64,000 nt of DNA, taken from an uncultured virus (IMG/VR IMGVR_UViG_3300005965_000003). Lineage: Duplodnaviria; Heunggongvirae; Uroviricota; Caudoviricetes. Numbering within the stretch: position 1 is the first letter of the stretch; every line of letters begins with the position of its first letter. This document shows, piece by piece, positions 37,461-47,353 of the stretch. The stretch is from the IMG/VR virus record IMGVR_UViG_3300005965_000003; one strand, written 5' to 3'. A program made the translations under genes and the position numbers. The notes beneath the pieces were generated by a model. It did no database searches. It was not told the origin of the DNA and was given only the letters and a program-made list of their open reading frames with translations.

Positions 37461-38077
37461 GACCAATGATTTGTATTGACCTGGAAACCGGAGGATTGGG
37501 ACTGAATGATGATATTTTATCTATTTCAGCTCGTCTATTAAATAAGGACGGTACTCCTACGGACACTGTCTTTAGTAGCTACGTAAAACCTACAAAGAAG
37601 CCATCTAAAGAGGCGCTGCTCATTAACAATATTAATGAAGAACAACTTGCTGCAGCTCCTACTAGAAAACAAGTTGCTGAAGAATACTTTGAGTGGCAGT
37701 TTAAACTCGCTGAGGGGAAACAAAGCACCCCGGTAGGACATAACTACTGTAGCTTTGACAGCCCCCGACTTAATCTTTTCCTTACTGAAGAAGCTTATAA
37801 AAAGCTCTTTCATTACCATGCTGTAGATACAATGGTAATCGCAAAAAATCTGAGCATAGCCGGGTACAATCAATTTAAATCGGTGAGTCTAAAAAATTTG
37901 ATAGAACTTTTTGGGCTCAAAGTGCCTGAAGGGCATTCACGTCATAACGCTGATGTCGATACATATATGACAGGTTTTGTTTTAAATAAGCTATTTACAA
38001 TAGTATATCCTAATATATGGACCAGATTAATTCGAGTATTTAACCCTCAGTATCTTGGGGTGCCCGTTAACAGGTAG
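37457..38077 (+). CDS. DEDDh 3'-5' exonuclease (DnaQ-like)
   Basis: IDLETGGL (Exo I), GHNYCSFD (Exo II), HNADVD (Exo III). Confidence 0.9.
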   Translation: MRPMICIDLETGGLGLNDDILSISARLLNKDGTPTDTVFSSYVKPTKKPSKEALLINNINEEQLAAAPTRKQVAEEYFEWQFKLAEGKQSTPVGHNYCSFDSPRLNLFLTEEAYKKLFHYHAVDTMVIAKNLSIAGYNQFKSVSLKNLIELFGLKVPEGHSRHNADVDTYMTGFVLNKLFTIVYPNIWTRLIRVFNPQYLGVPVNR

Positions 38078-38083
38078 CTAAAA

Positions 38084-40339
38084 ATGATTCTTACCCAAAG
38101 CAAATCGACGGTAACAACTTCTGAGGAATTCCAAGAGCTAGAGTTTGGGATTAAGTCTTCTGACATGGGTTTGATCTTGGATATTCTTCGTTCAAAGATG
38201 TATAAGAATCCTATACAATCCATATGTAGAGAAGTAGCCTCAAATAGCCGGGATGCTAACCGTGAGGTTGGATCCAATAAGCCGGTGCGGATCGGTATAA
38301 CAAACCATAGCTTTGTTACTACCCAGATGGCTGTATACTTTGAGGACAACGGCCCAGGGATATCCCCGGATAGAATGGCAGATGTATTCGTGAACTATGG
38401 GGCTTCTACCAAAAGAACCTCCAATGAGCAAACTGGGGGGTTTGGTTTAGGAGCAAAAACCCCGTTTTCCTACACCGATAGCTTCTACATCATTACTCGA
38501 TATGAAGGTGTTGAGTATACCTATGTGGCTGCTATTGAAGACGGTAAAAAAGGTAAGCTATACGTTCTGACAAAGACAGAAACAGATAAAAGTAACGGCA
38601 CCACGGTGGTTATCCCTATCGATGAAGATGATAGAATGGAATTTGAGGAGGGTATAATTACCGCCACTTATTTCTGGGATAAGCCCCCGGAATACGAAAA
38701 TATCACCTTAAATGAAACCTCTTTGAATATTTCGTATAACTGTGATGACTTCATAATATATGACAACAGTAACAACTTTCGAAAATACTTTGGAATATTA
38801 ATAGACGGTATTTATTATAGCTTGGATACCCAAGTCTTGAATAAAGATCACCTTCTTTCTTACCCCGGTTACCAGTATGTCTTGTTTAAATTTCAGACCG
38901 GTCAGCTTACAATTTCAGCTAACAGGGAAGCTCTTCAATATGATAACCGAACTAAGTACCAGATAAATAAAAAGATTAAGTTGTTTATTGATACCTGTGT
39001 GAAGTTTGGTAATCAGGTTTTGGAGGAATCCTCTACATACATTAAAAAGGCAATCTTACTGAATAGACTTAATGGTCTCAGTGGAAAAGAGGATTATCGC
39101 CTTGATATGCTGAAATATGTGATACAAACTAAAGCTATCAAGGATCTCGAATATAAGCACAATGGGGTGCCGGTATGCTTTAGCATGCAAAAGGATTTTT
39201 CACAATTAAAGTTTTACCTTTACACAAAAACTCTTGGTGGGACTGTATCACGCCAGGATATGGACTTCTTTAATAACCAATTTAATAGTTACCCTATTTA
39301 TTTTGGTGACTCTCCGAGAGTAAGTACTCAAAGGAATCGGACAATATTCAAGGACAACACCAGCTTTATTTTTATTAAGCCAGCTCACGAGTTCTACTAT
39401 AAGTGGCCCGAGTTCTCGTTTAGTGACAGAAAAAAGAACGCAAAAGCTATGAGAGCTACTTTAGCTCAGATAGATCTTCTAATGAGTAGTGGAATGACAA
39501 TAAGCCTCTATTCAAAATTAGAAAAAACCAGGGCACCCAGAGGAGCCATAGCTGCGGTACCCCAAGAAGAGGGTGTGAAAAGGTATCCTGTCCGGGCTTT
39601 TTACCCTTTAGATACTTATCGGGAACCTCATATTTATAATACACTTAAAATAGAAGATGGGAAATTTTATGTAGGCGGTAAAGAGATTGATCCGAAAAAT
39701 GCTTTTTATGTGACTACTTCTAATCTTTTAAGCTATGACAAAAACCATCCTGATGCAAAGCTTGCAGGAATTATTAATGCACTAAAGGAAGAAAAAGAGC
39801 CAAGCTACCTGGTAGTTTTTGTTAATCAGAGTAAGGCAAAACATATAGCCGGTAGGATCAAGTCTTCTGAACAATTTTACAAGAGTTTACCCCTGAGTAC
39901 TAAAAAAGCTCTGGTAGATCTCAACATTTTTGCCGATTACTCCTTAAAGGGAGATGAGACTTTAGCTGATATATGTATGGAGAATATATCGGTGTATGAG
40001 AACCTTAAATTTGAGAGTGACATTGGGAAAACAGTAGTAAAGATGTGGGAGAATATCAGAGAAAAATATGGAAGAAAACGTAGAATGGCCAATACCCTAC
40101 GATACATAGATGGTACTACTAAAAACAAAATTCTTAATGAATTAAAAGACTATGCTGAAAAATCTATAGTCACTGAAGCTCAAAAGGTTACAGTAGAGTT
40201 TTTCTCAACGTTTAAACTACTCAAGCCTCTTTTAAAAGAATTGCGTTACACTAGTAAAACGAAGGAAATGAAAGACGGATTACAAGAATACGTAGAGAAT
40301 AGAGAAGAAATCCTTAAAATAAAAGGTCTATTAAAATAA
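38084..40339 (+). CDS. rIIA: RIIA-like protein (GHKL/HATPase N-terminus)
   Basis: LRSKMYKNPIQSICREVASNSRDA, DNGPGI, STKRTSN...GGFGLGAKTPFSYTDSF, ISANREALQY. Confidence 0.9.
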   Translation: MILTQSKSTVTTSEEFQELEFGIKSSDMGLILDILRSKMYKNPIQSICREVASNSRDANREVGSNKPVRIGITNHSFVTTQMAVYFEDNGPGISPDRMADVFVNYGASTKRTSNEQTGGFGLGAKTPFSYTDSFYIITRYEGVEYTYVAAIEDGKKGKLYVLTKTETDKSNGTTVVIPIDEDDRMEFEEGIITATYFWDKPPEYENITLNETSLNISYNCDDFIIYDNSNNFRKYFGILIDGIYYSLDTQVLNKDHLLSYPGYQYVLFKFQTGQLTISANREALQYDNRTKYQINKKIKLFIDTCVKFGNQVLEESSTYIKKAILLNRLNGLSGKEDYRLDMLKYVIQTKAIKDLEYKHNGVPVCFSMQKDFSQLKFYLYTKTLGGTVSRQDMDFFNNQFNSYPIYFGDSPRVSTQRNRTIFKDNTSFIFIKPAHEFYYKWPEFSFSDRKKNAKAMRATLAQIDLLMSSGMTISLYSKLEKTRAPRGAIAAVPQEEGVKRYPVRAFYPLDTYREPHIYNTLKIEDGKFYVGGKEIDPKNAFYVTTSNLLSYDKNHPDAKLAGIINALKEEKEPSYLVVFVNQSKAKHIAGRIKSSEQFYKSLPLSTKKALVDLNIFADYSLKGDETLADICMENISVYENLKFESDIGKTVVKMWENIREKYGRKRRMANTLRYIDGTTKNKILNELKDYAEKSIVTEAQKVTVEFFSTFKLLKPLLKELRYTSKTKEMKDGLQEYVENREEILKIKGLLK

Positions 40340-40358
40340 CTTAATACTGGAGGGCCTA

Positions 40359-41339
40359 ATGGCTAATGCCGTAAAGTGGATGGAATCCGCTAAGCATCTG
40401 ATTGTGGTTTGTGATGACAAAGAACCCTGCGTGCTTCTGAAGACAGATAAGCGCTACAACCAGGCCTTGGAATTGATCCAGAATATGGATAAAGAGGGCT
40501 TGGCTAAGTTTCTTTTCCTCGGGGAAGCTATCGTAAAGAGGTACGAACCCGCAGTTGTAATCGAGGGTAATAAGGTGATTCTGGATGGAGAAGTTGTACA
40601 TAACACCATTACAAAATATATCCTAGATTTTTACAAGAACGACCTGGATATCGATCCTTTGGTGAACTTCTGGAGAAATGTACGTGAAAATCCAAACCCG
40701 GGATCCCGCGAACAGCTTTTCTGTTTCTTGGAGTTCCATAAGGTCCCCCTTACTCCTGACGGTTGCTTCCTGGTCTACAAAGGAGTGTATAGGTCCCCTA
40801 ACGGTGACTTTTACGATTGCCACACACGCTCGATCCGGAATAACGTAGGTGATATCGTAAAGATGGATCGCTCTCTGGTAGATAGCAACAGGAGTGTTAC
40901 ATGTAGCAGTGGGCTGCATGTAGCTACCTATGGATATGCTCATGGAGTTTATGGCGGAGATGTTTTGCTTGAGTGCAAAGTGGACCCGAGAGATGTTGTA
41001 GCCATACCCAATGACTATAATAATCAGAAAATGCGTGTCTGTGCCTATGAAGTGATTTGTACAGGTAAGTCCGAAAGAAAGGATCTATTCCTCCCCTGGG
41101 ATACTATCCGTAAGCTTCATCTTACCAGCAAAAAGGAACAGACTGAAGATATCAAAAAGAAGAAGATCGGAAAAGGCAAAAAGATCAACATAAGGGGTTT
41201 GTCCGCCCGGGAAATCGTAGACACGGTCACCGAGAAGACCGGGGAGCTCATTACCTTTAGCCTGAAAAGTAAGCGCAGTATTGAGAAAAAGGCTATCGAA
41301 ATTTTGCGCGATTTCGGGTTTAAGGTTGATGAAGTTTGA
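40359..41339 (+). CDS. rIIB: RIIB-like protein
   Basis: NFW.N...NP, LTPDGCFLVYKGV, CSSGLHV, KVDPRDVVAIPNDYNNQKMRVCAYEV; follows rIIA. Confidence 0.9.
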   Translation: MANAVKWMESAKHLIVVCDDKEPCVLLKTDKRYNQALELIQNMDKEGLAKFLFLGEAIVKRYEPAVVIEGNKVILDGEVVHNTITKYILDFYKNDLDIDPLVNFWRNVRENPNPGSREQLFCFLEFHKVPLTPDGCFLVYKGVYRSPNGDFYDCHTRSIRNNVGDIVKMDRSLVDSNRSVTCSSGLHVATYGYAHGVYGGDVLLECKVDPRDVVAIPNDYNNQKMRVCAYEVICTGKSERKDLFLPWDTIRKLHLTSKKEQTEDIKKKKIGKGKKINIRGLSAREIVDTVTEKTGELITFSLKSKRSIEKKAIEILRDFGFKVDEV

Positions 41340-41360
41340 GACTGCCTAATATGGAAGATG

Positions 41361-41395
41361 AAAAAGCAGGAGTATTTTTTACTCCTGCTTTTTTT
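41361..41395 (+). terminator. intrinsic terminator (bidirectional type)
   Basis: AAAAAGCAGGAGTA-TTTTT-TACTCCTGCTTTTTTT. Confidence 0.85.
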
Positions 41396-41400
41396 GTATT

Positions 41401-41428
41401 TTAGTTAGGTTCTCTAAAAAAGTATATT
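41401..41428 (+). promoter_or_regulatory. putative phage early promoter
   Basis: TTAGTTAG-N12-AGTATATT. Confidence 0.75.
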
Positions 41429-41488
41429 CCTTATGAAGGAAAATGTATCTTCTGAAAATATTAGTAAATGTAGGGAGAAAAAACAATA

Positions 41489-41857
41489 ATGAATGATGAT
41501 CCTCTTTATTCAGAAATTTCTAATCTGATGGGTGAGCCGGAAGAAGCCGGGAGATTCAGCCCTACAGAAAAAGTGTGGTCAGAGACAGCAGTTAGGATGG
41601 CTATGCTTAAGGCCTATAATGCTGCCCTGGATAAAGTAGCTAATAAGTCTTCAAAGAATATAGAAATTACTGGAGAAGTTACGGTAATTGTCCCTACAGG
41701 CACCGATGAAGTATTTCTGCGGACTAATTTGCCCTCTCCATTTTCTCCCAGCGTTGATCCTAACCCAGTGAGTCTCCAGTTTAAGACTCCCCACAATAAG
41801 GGTGAGGAATATGTGAAACGAGTTTTTGGGATTAATCCCAAAATCATAAAAGTATAG
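41489..41857 (+). CDS. hypothetical protein
   Basis: GGGAG RBS. Confidence 0.7.
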   Translation: MNDDPLYSEISNLMGEPEEAGRFSPTEKVWSETAVRMAMLKAYNAALDKVANKSSKNIEITGEVTVIVPTGTDEVFLRTNLPSPFSPSVDPNPVSLQFKTPHNKGEEYVKRVFGINPKIIKV

Positions 41858-41867
41858 TGAGGCTATA

Positions 41868-42525
41868 ATGCAGCTACGTTCTCTCTCTCTATCGCAGTAC
41901 CTACTAAGGGTGTGTAAATTACTGCAAATTCTGCGTATCATCTATGGATAACAATGAGTATAAAGATCGTATTACTTATCCTGATTACCGATCCGAAAAC
42001 GATTATCTTGACTGTATAAATTTTTGCTTGGAGAGAAACTTTGAGTCAATGGTAATAACAGGCACCGGTGAGCCTCTGGTTAATACCAGGTTTCTTTCTT
42101 GGCTCTCAGGTATTCTGAGAGGAGCAGAAAGAAGATTCCGTTGGATAGATATCCAGACATCAGGAGTTCTTCTAAGTGGAAATACTAAGCTTTATAATCA
42201 CCTACGTGATAGCCTTCGGGTCAAGACGGTAAGCCTCAGTCTTTCTCATTTTTCCAATAGCCACACTAACGCAGACATTAATGGTATACCCGCTCAATTG
42301 CAATTTAACATTGAAGACCTTTGCACAGAGATCCTGTCTTACGGTTTTAACCTACGCCTCTCCCTTAATCTTTGGAAAGCCTACAACGATATCGATATAG
42401 CAGATATCATCCTTAAGGCAAAAAAGCTTGGTGCATCTCAGATTACTTTTAGAAAACTTTATACTTCAAAAACAGAGTGCCCCCAGAACACCTGGGAGCC
42501 AGGACAGAAGCAGTATACTCTATAG
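41868..42525 (+). pseudogene. radical SAM protein, frameshifted 5' end and apparently truncated 3' end
   Basis: CVNYCKFC (CxxxCxxC) at 41911-41934 in frame with ORF 41944 but behind a TAA; ITGTGEP; ATG 41868 out of frame through (CT)n and GGG indels. Confidence 0.75.
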
Positions 42526-42773
42526 ACAAAGCTGTGGAGCTACTAAGAGCTAAAAAAGTGGATGCCGTGGTGACAGACATGCCGGTGGTAAAATTTATGG
42601 CCCAAAGCAATTCGGATTTAGCTAACGTAAGGGAGGTTTTCAGCAACCAGGATTATGGCATTGGGCTACAGACAAGGAATGAGTTGAGAGAGTCTATTAA
42701 CTGCACACTCCTAGAACTAAAAAAGAATGGCACCTATGGAAAACTCTATAACAAATACTTTGGGAACGAATAA
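42490..42773 (+). pseudogene. C-terminal fragment of an amino-acid ABC / ion-channel substrate-binding domain (SBP_bac_3-like)
   Basis: AVELLRAKKVDAVVTD.PV, QDYGIGL, LRESIN..LLELKKNGTY.KLY.KYFG; N-terminal half and RBS missing. Confidence 0.75.
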
Positions 42774-43048
42774 TGAACGATACCCTCTCTAACAAAATCA
42801 GGCAGATTGCAGTAGACAAACTCGGCGACGTAATGGAAGGCGATCTGACTGAAAAGGATTTTGAGACGATCATCAACATCTACATAACCACGATAGAAGA
42901 TTTTTCTTCAGACGATAACCTACAGATAGATTACCTCAAAAAAGAAGTCGTTCGCAGAAGAGAGCAAGAAGGCATCCCCATAGATAACGAAGAAATGATG
43001 ATTCTTAATTCAGCCTTTGAGCATACAGAGGCTTATTTGGAGTCATAA
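42773..43048 (+). CDS. hypothetical acidic protein
   Basis: TAATG coupling. Confidence 0.65.
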   Translation: MNDTLSNKIRQIAVDKLGDVMEGDLTEKDFETIINIYITTIEDFSSDDNLQIDYLKKEVVRRREQEGIPIDNEEMMILNSAFEHTEAYLES

Positions 43049-43319
43049 TATGCAGATCAGGGTTAAGTATATCGAAAACCCGGAGGAGTACTATTGCTCT
43101 GTCCTGGTGGATCATGAAGTGGTGCTTTCAAAAAAGCCATATGCCAGGCTGCTGGTTGAGAAAGGAAAATCCCCTAAAGTCATTGGTTTCACCAAAAAAG
43201 AGGTACTGGTGAAGTTGAAGCTGTTTGAAGGGGTTTTTGCCGATTTGCTCATCCCAAAACAAAAGACAGAGATCTTCTCCATAAAAAACGGACAAAGAGA
43301 AAAAATTCTTTTTACATAA
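43017..43319 (+). CDS. hypothetical protein (start probably ATG 43050)
   Basis: GGAG before ATG 43050. Confidence 0.65.
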   Translation: MSIQRLIWSHNMQIRVKYIENPEEYYCSVLVDHEVVLSKKPYARLLVEKGKSPKVIGFTKKEVLVKLKLFEGVFADLLIPKQKTEIFSIKNGQREKILFT

Positions 43320-43340
43320 TCTATTATAAAAAAGTATATT
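43313..43340 (+). promoter_or_regulatory. putative phage early promoter; ATG only 6 nt downstream
   Basis: AAAAAAGTATATT-CTTATT-ATG. Confidence 0.7.
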
Positions 43341-43346
43341 CTTATT

Positions 43347-43994
43347 ATGGAAGAACATAAAAAAATTCACCCCAGTTTCGGGCAGCTCTCAATACACCGC
43401 ATTACCAGTGGCGGTAGAGTGCTGTATGGATCCTCTTTGAGGCATACTGAGACCATCCGTATGCGTCTTAGTTCCTCCGAAGCTCACAGAAGCCTCAACA
43501 ACACGAGGTATTTTCCTTCAAAGACTCTTTTCGAAATCGAGATGTCCCCTCAGCAGTTCGCCCAAATGATTACTACTATGAACAGGGCGGATGGAACTCC
43601 TGTTACTATTCTCCGGACACAAAACGGAGAAGTTGAAGGTTGCCCCTACGAAAACGAAAGAGAAACCTTCAGCAAAGAATTCAAAAAAGATATCAATGAT
43701 ATTACATCGAATGCCAGGGGTTTAATAAAAAAGGCTGAAGAGCTGTTAAACCAAAAGAGCGTCCGTAAATCAGATCTTAGAGAACTCCTGTCGGTTTTGA
43801 GAAACCTGAAAACAGATCTTTCCTCGAACCTGAGCTTTGTAGAAACTCAATTCCAGGAGGCTACAGACAGAGCTGTTTCTGCCGGTAAGCATGAGATTGA
43901 ATCTTTCTGGCAGAACACCATAGAAAATCTCGGTGTACAAAAACTGGCTGAGGGCATGAAAGCCCCTATTCTTCTTACTGATAGCCAAGAGTAA
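43347..43994 (+). CDS. phage-type hypothetical protein
   Basis: HPSFG...LYGSS..H, EIEMSPQQFAQMIT.MN..DGTPVTI. Confidence 0.8.
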   Translation: MEEHKKIHPSFGQLSIHRITSGGRVLYGSSLRHTETIRMRLSSSEAHRSLNNTRYFPSKTLFEIEMSPQQFAQMITTMNRADGTPVTILRTQNGEVEGCPYENERETFSKEFKKDINDITSNARGLIKKAEELLNQKSVRKSDLRELLSVLRNLKTDLSSNLSFVETQFQEATDRAVSAGKHEIESFWQNTIENLGVQKLAEGMKAPILLTDSQE

Positions 43995-44036
43995 AATAAA
44001 CCATAGGCAAAAGCGTAAACATGATGTCCATTTAGG

Positions 44037-44060
44037 GGCGATCTCCGGATCGCCTTTTTT
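44037..44060 (+). terminator. intrinsic terminator
   Basis: GGCGATC-TCCG-GATCGCC-TTTTTT. Confidence 0.8.
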
Positions 44061-44074
44061 GTCTATTTAATCCT

Positions 44075-44102
44075 TTATAAAACTTATTAGAAAAAGTATA
44101 TT
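44075..44102 (+). promoter_or_regulatory. putative phage early promoter
   Basis: AAAAAGTATATTAG. Confidence 0.7.
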
Positions 44103-44139
44103 AGTATAAAACTGTCCAATTATCAGCGATTAGAACATC

Positions 44140-44529
44140 ATGAATAATCGAAAAAGCACCGTTACCGAGATAAATTACTTAAATAAAAGGGTGTCCGAAT
44201 CAGAAGACCGACTAGAAAAACTTCGAGACCAAAGTAAAAACATTAAAATACAGATCAGAGACGAAGAAAGAAAATTACTCCGGGCAAAAGAAAAAATAAA
44301 GGTTTTGACCGAAAAATCTAAAGACCCTATTATCTCTGACCACGCAATAATCCGCTATCTTGAACGAGTAAAAGGGTTAGATCTTTCCGAGATCAAACAA
44401 TCAATTCTAAACGATAAACTGAAAACTATGATATCAACCCTGGGGAATGGAAAATTTCCTTGTGATGATTTTACTGCGATAGTAAAAGATAACCAAGTCA
44501 TTACAATAATAGAAGGAGCTAAGAAGTGA
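44140..44529 (+). CDS. coiled-coil protein with C-terminal SDHAIIRYLER domain
   Basis: ISDHA..RY.ER...VKDN.VITI pattern, possibly a RelE-like fold. Confidence 0.7.
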   Translation: MNNRKSTVTEINYLNKRVSESEDRLEKLRDQSKNIKIQIRDEERKLLRAKEKIKVLTEKSKDPIISDHAIIRYLERVKGLDLSEIKQSILNDKLKTMISTLGNGKFPCDDFTAIVKDNQVITIIEGAKK

Positions 44530-46109
44530 TCAGGCGTAAGGAACCGGTGAGTTTGCCTCGTATTGTAATTATAGAGTCCAATATTAACTCTCCATTAAAA
44601 CAGATGCAAATGCTTGTAAAAAGCTATTTCGATGAGTGCAGCCTTATAAAGAAAAATAACAGGTCAGAATACTACAACAGATTCTACGGACTCGATAAAT
44701 ACGTGGAGCATAACCTCAATGAGGTAGGTATTGTATTTCAAGTCACAAGAGAACGAGTAAGACAGGTTATCACAGAAAGTGACTCTAACCTCCTCAAGCT
44801 CGCTAAGGGTGACATGGTGATTACCCCACGCACCATTTATGATATAAACTACACAACTGCTATCAGAAGTTTTATTGCGGAGAACCAGAATAAGTCATTA
44901 AGGACTCACCAGGAGCTCGTAGCTCTTCTACAGCCTGAGAACCCTGTTGAGGAGTCATTCGTATACCCTCTAATGGGACTGTCTGGGTTTGTGAAAAACG
45001 AACATAATGGGTTGGTGCTGTACCGGCGTAAAAAACTGACGATGGAAAGCATCAAAAACCTAACAAATAAAATTGATAAGTTCCTGAGAAAGGAAATTCT
45101 ACCGGTTCCTATAGAAAAAATTAGTAAAAGCATTAAAAAGCCTACAGATCTTGTTCTTTCTCTTATGAAGCTGATGCCTCATGTAGTATCAGAAGAAGAA
45201 AAGTATTATATACACGATCAAAGCCTGTACTCCACAAAGGATCTCGTTTATAGAATCTTCTATGAAAAAGGAAAAGAACTTTCCATGAATGAAATTAAAG
45301 CCGAGTTGAAAAGTAGAGGAGTAGCTCCGCCTATCTGCCCCAACTTAGGTTTGTCGCTCGATAAACGGTTTCAATGTAAAGGAAAAACAGGGATTTGGGG
45401 GTTGCGTGAGTGGAATATAGACTCCGCTCATCTGTATGATGTTATGTTAGATGCTTTAAGATTCCTAGGCAAACCAGTAACAGCGGCTCAGCTTATCACC
45501 TGCATACAGAGCCGCCGCCCAGAGGTAAGAAACGTAACGATTTATAACTACCTAAATCATTATAAACACCTTTTCTGTTTCTTTGATGGGGGCCTTATAG
45601 CTCCTGCCGAAAATAAGAAAAAGTACAAGAACCTTAAAGTAAAAAAACATCGAAATATAAAGCGCTATGCCTCCCAGCAGCAAGTGGATAGCATCATGGT
45701 TAACTACCTGAAGAAAAATAAATCTGCGACTGCCAAAGAACTGTATGCCGAGGTAAAAAAGCATTACCCTTATTCGTGGAATGGGTTTTATGTAAGGCTA
45801 ACAAAAAGCCCCTACCTAACCTATCGCGCTTATGATTTCCCACGCAAATACAAATTAAAAGATAAAGTCATTATAGTAAAGGAAGATGAAAAAGAGCTCA
45901 AGTCTGATAAGGTGAGAAAAGAAATAATAAAGATTCTACAAAGAACAAAAGGGTTTTCTATGCCTTTCCCTAAACTTATCTCCAAGGTGACTGCTAAGAC
46001 TGGATGCCAAAAAGTTATGGTATACAAAGTCGTATCAAACACCTCTAACATCGTTACTGAGGTATCGAGACACGATGCCCGTGCTAAGGATATAAAACTC
46101 GTAATTTAA
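44526..46109 (+). CDS. multi-HTH DNA-binding protein (sigma-70 region-4-like plus HARE/RpoE-like winged helices)
   Basis: LNEVGIVFQVTRERVRQV; LSLDKRF...G.WGLREW; very basic. Confidence 0.75.
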   Translation: MIRRKEPVSLPRIVIIESNINSPLKQMQMLVKSYFDECSLIKKNNRSEYYNRFYGLDKYVEHNLNEVGIVFQVTRERVRQVITESDSNLLKLAKGDMVITPRTIYDINYTTAIRSFIAENQNKSLRTHQELVALLQPENPVEESFVYPLMGLSGFVKNEHNGLVLYRRKKLTMESIKNLTNKIDKFLRKEILPVPIEKISKSIKKPTDLVLSLMKLMPHVVSEEEKYYIHDQSLYSTKDLVYRIFYEKGKELSMNEIKAELKSRGVAPPICPNLGLSLDKRFQCKGKTGIWGLREWNIDSAHLYDVMLDALRFLGKPVTAAQLITCIQSRRPEVRNVTIYNYLNHYKHLFCFFDGGLIAPAENKKKYKNLKVKKHRNIKRYASQQQVDSIMVNYLKKNKSATAKELYAEVKKHYPYSWNGFYVRLTKSPYLTYRAYDFPRKYKLKDKVIIVKEDEKELKSDKVRKEIIKILQRTKGFSMPFPKLISKVTAKTGCQKVMVYKVVSNTSNIVTEVSRHDARAKDIKLVI

Positions 46110-46133
46110 TTAGATTAACCACATTAGTATATT
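46106..46133 (+). promoter_or_regulatory. putative phage early promoter; ATG 5 nt downstream
   Basis: TTAATTAG-N12-AGTATATT-AGATC-ATG. Confidence 0.75.
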
Positions 46134-46138
46134 AGATC

Positions 46139-47314
46139 ATGGAAAAAATATCAATAATTGTTACAGCGCTTTTACTCCTGAATCTTGTCATTTTCTTCTA
46201 TCTGATATATCAAAAGAAAAGAGTCAAGAAATCAGCAGAAGCTTTAAAATACCATAAGATAAAAACGAGAACTTTGTCTGAAGCTGCTAAAAAAAGAGAT
46301 AATTCCTGTAGGAAATTTTACAAGCTAGAAGACTCTGAATGGCTCTACAATCAATACGTAAACCTTAAAAAAACCTCTTCCAAGATAGCAGAGGAATTAG
46401 GAACTGTAAGTCCTAACGTTTTAAGAGCCCTGAAAAAACTTAAAATAACAGTACGAACTAATTCTGAAGCTCAAAAATTAGTTACTCATAAGTCTAAGTA
46501 TGCTGTATTAAATGACCCTATTTTTCTAGAAAAAAGTATAAAGATAAAGGCACTACATCTATCGCCTGTGAGAATAATATTAAATCTTGTAATAGCGTCA
46601 GGCAGTCTCTTATAAGACACGGACTTGAGGTTAGAAATTTTAGGACAGGCCAAACCCATAACAGAAATACCGATTTTTTTTGTAGAAAATATGGAAGCTA
46701 TTGATGGCGGCCTAGCAGGAAACGCATACTTAAGGCGCTATAATAAATGCGGCGATCTTTCTGCTCCTTATTTTTCTAGGACTAATAAACCGTATGCCCA
46801 TGTATTATGGGTAGCTTCCCAATTATTTTCAAAAGGGCATAAGAATAAGATTAAACCTTTATTCGATAAAAGATATAATAGAACATACTATAACTTTAGA
46901 ACCTTATCCCATGATAGCCTCATGCCTTATTTCAAAAGATGGTACCCAGAAGTTAATCCTTATGGCGGTAGGCCCTATGAAAAGATAATCCCAGAAGATG
47001 TTTCTATTACACCCTTAGCCCTTCTCCACTGCTTTTTGGACGATGGGACTACTTATCAAAGAAGAAAGGAATCTAAGACAAAACAAGTGTATGCTACTTT
47101 ATGCCTGGAAGGATTCTACAGAGAAAATTTAGAGATGTATTGTGAAAAGATTAAAAAAGAATACGGCTCAGGCATTAATATAAAAACAAGACCGTATACT
47201 CATGGAAAAGGTTACCGGATAGAAATAACCCAGGGCTCTTATCAGGATTTTATGAACATAATAGGTCCCTGCCCAGAAGAATTAAAAGAATGCATGGGAC
47301 ATAAATGGAAATAG
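46139..47314 (+). pseudogene. LAGLIDADG homing endonuclease with N-terminal HTH repeats, split by two compensating frameshifts
   Basis: IDGGLAGNAYL and ITPLALLHCFLDDGT motifs; adding an A to the A6 run (46530-46535) and removing a T from the T8 run (46674-46681) restores one ORF. Confidence 0.7.
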
Positions 47315-47353
47315 TATAACTAAAAAATGTATCATTTTTCAAAAGGATTAAAA

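Noticed and set aside
42477..42773. Intact 98-aa ABC substrate-binding protein gene
   Set aside because: It is only the C-terminal part of the domain, with no signal peptide or RBS; treated as a fragment.
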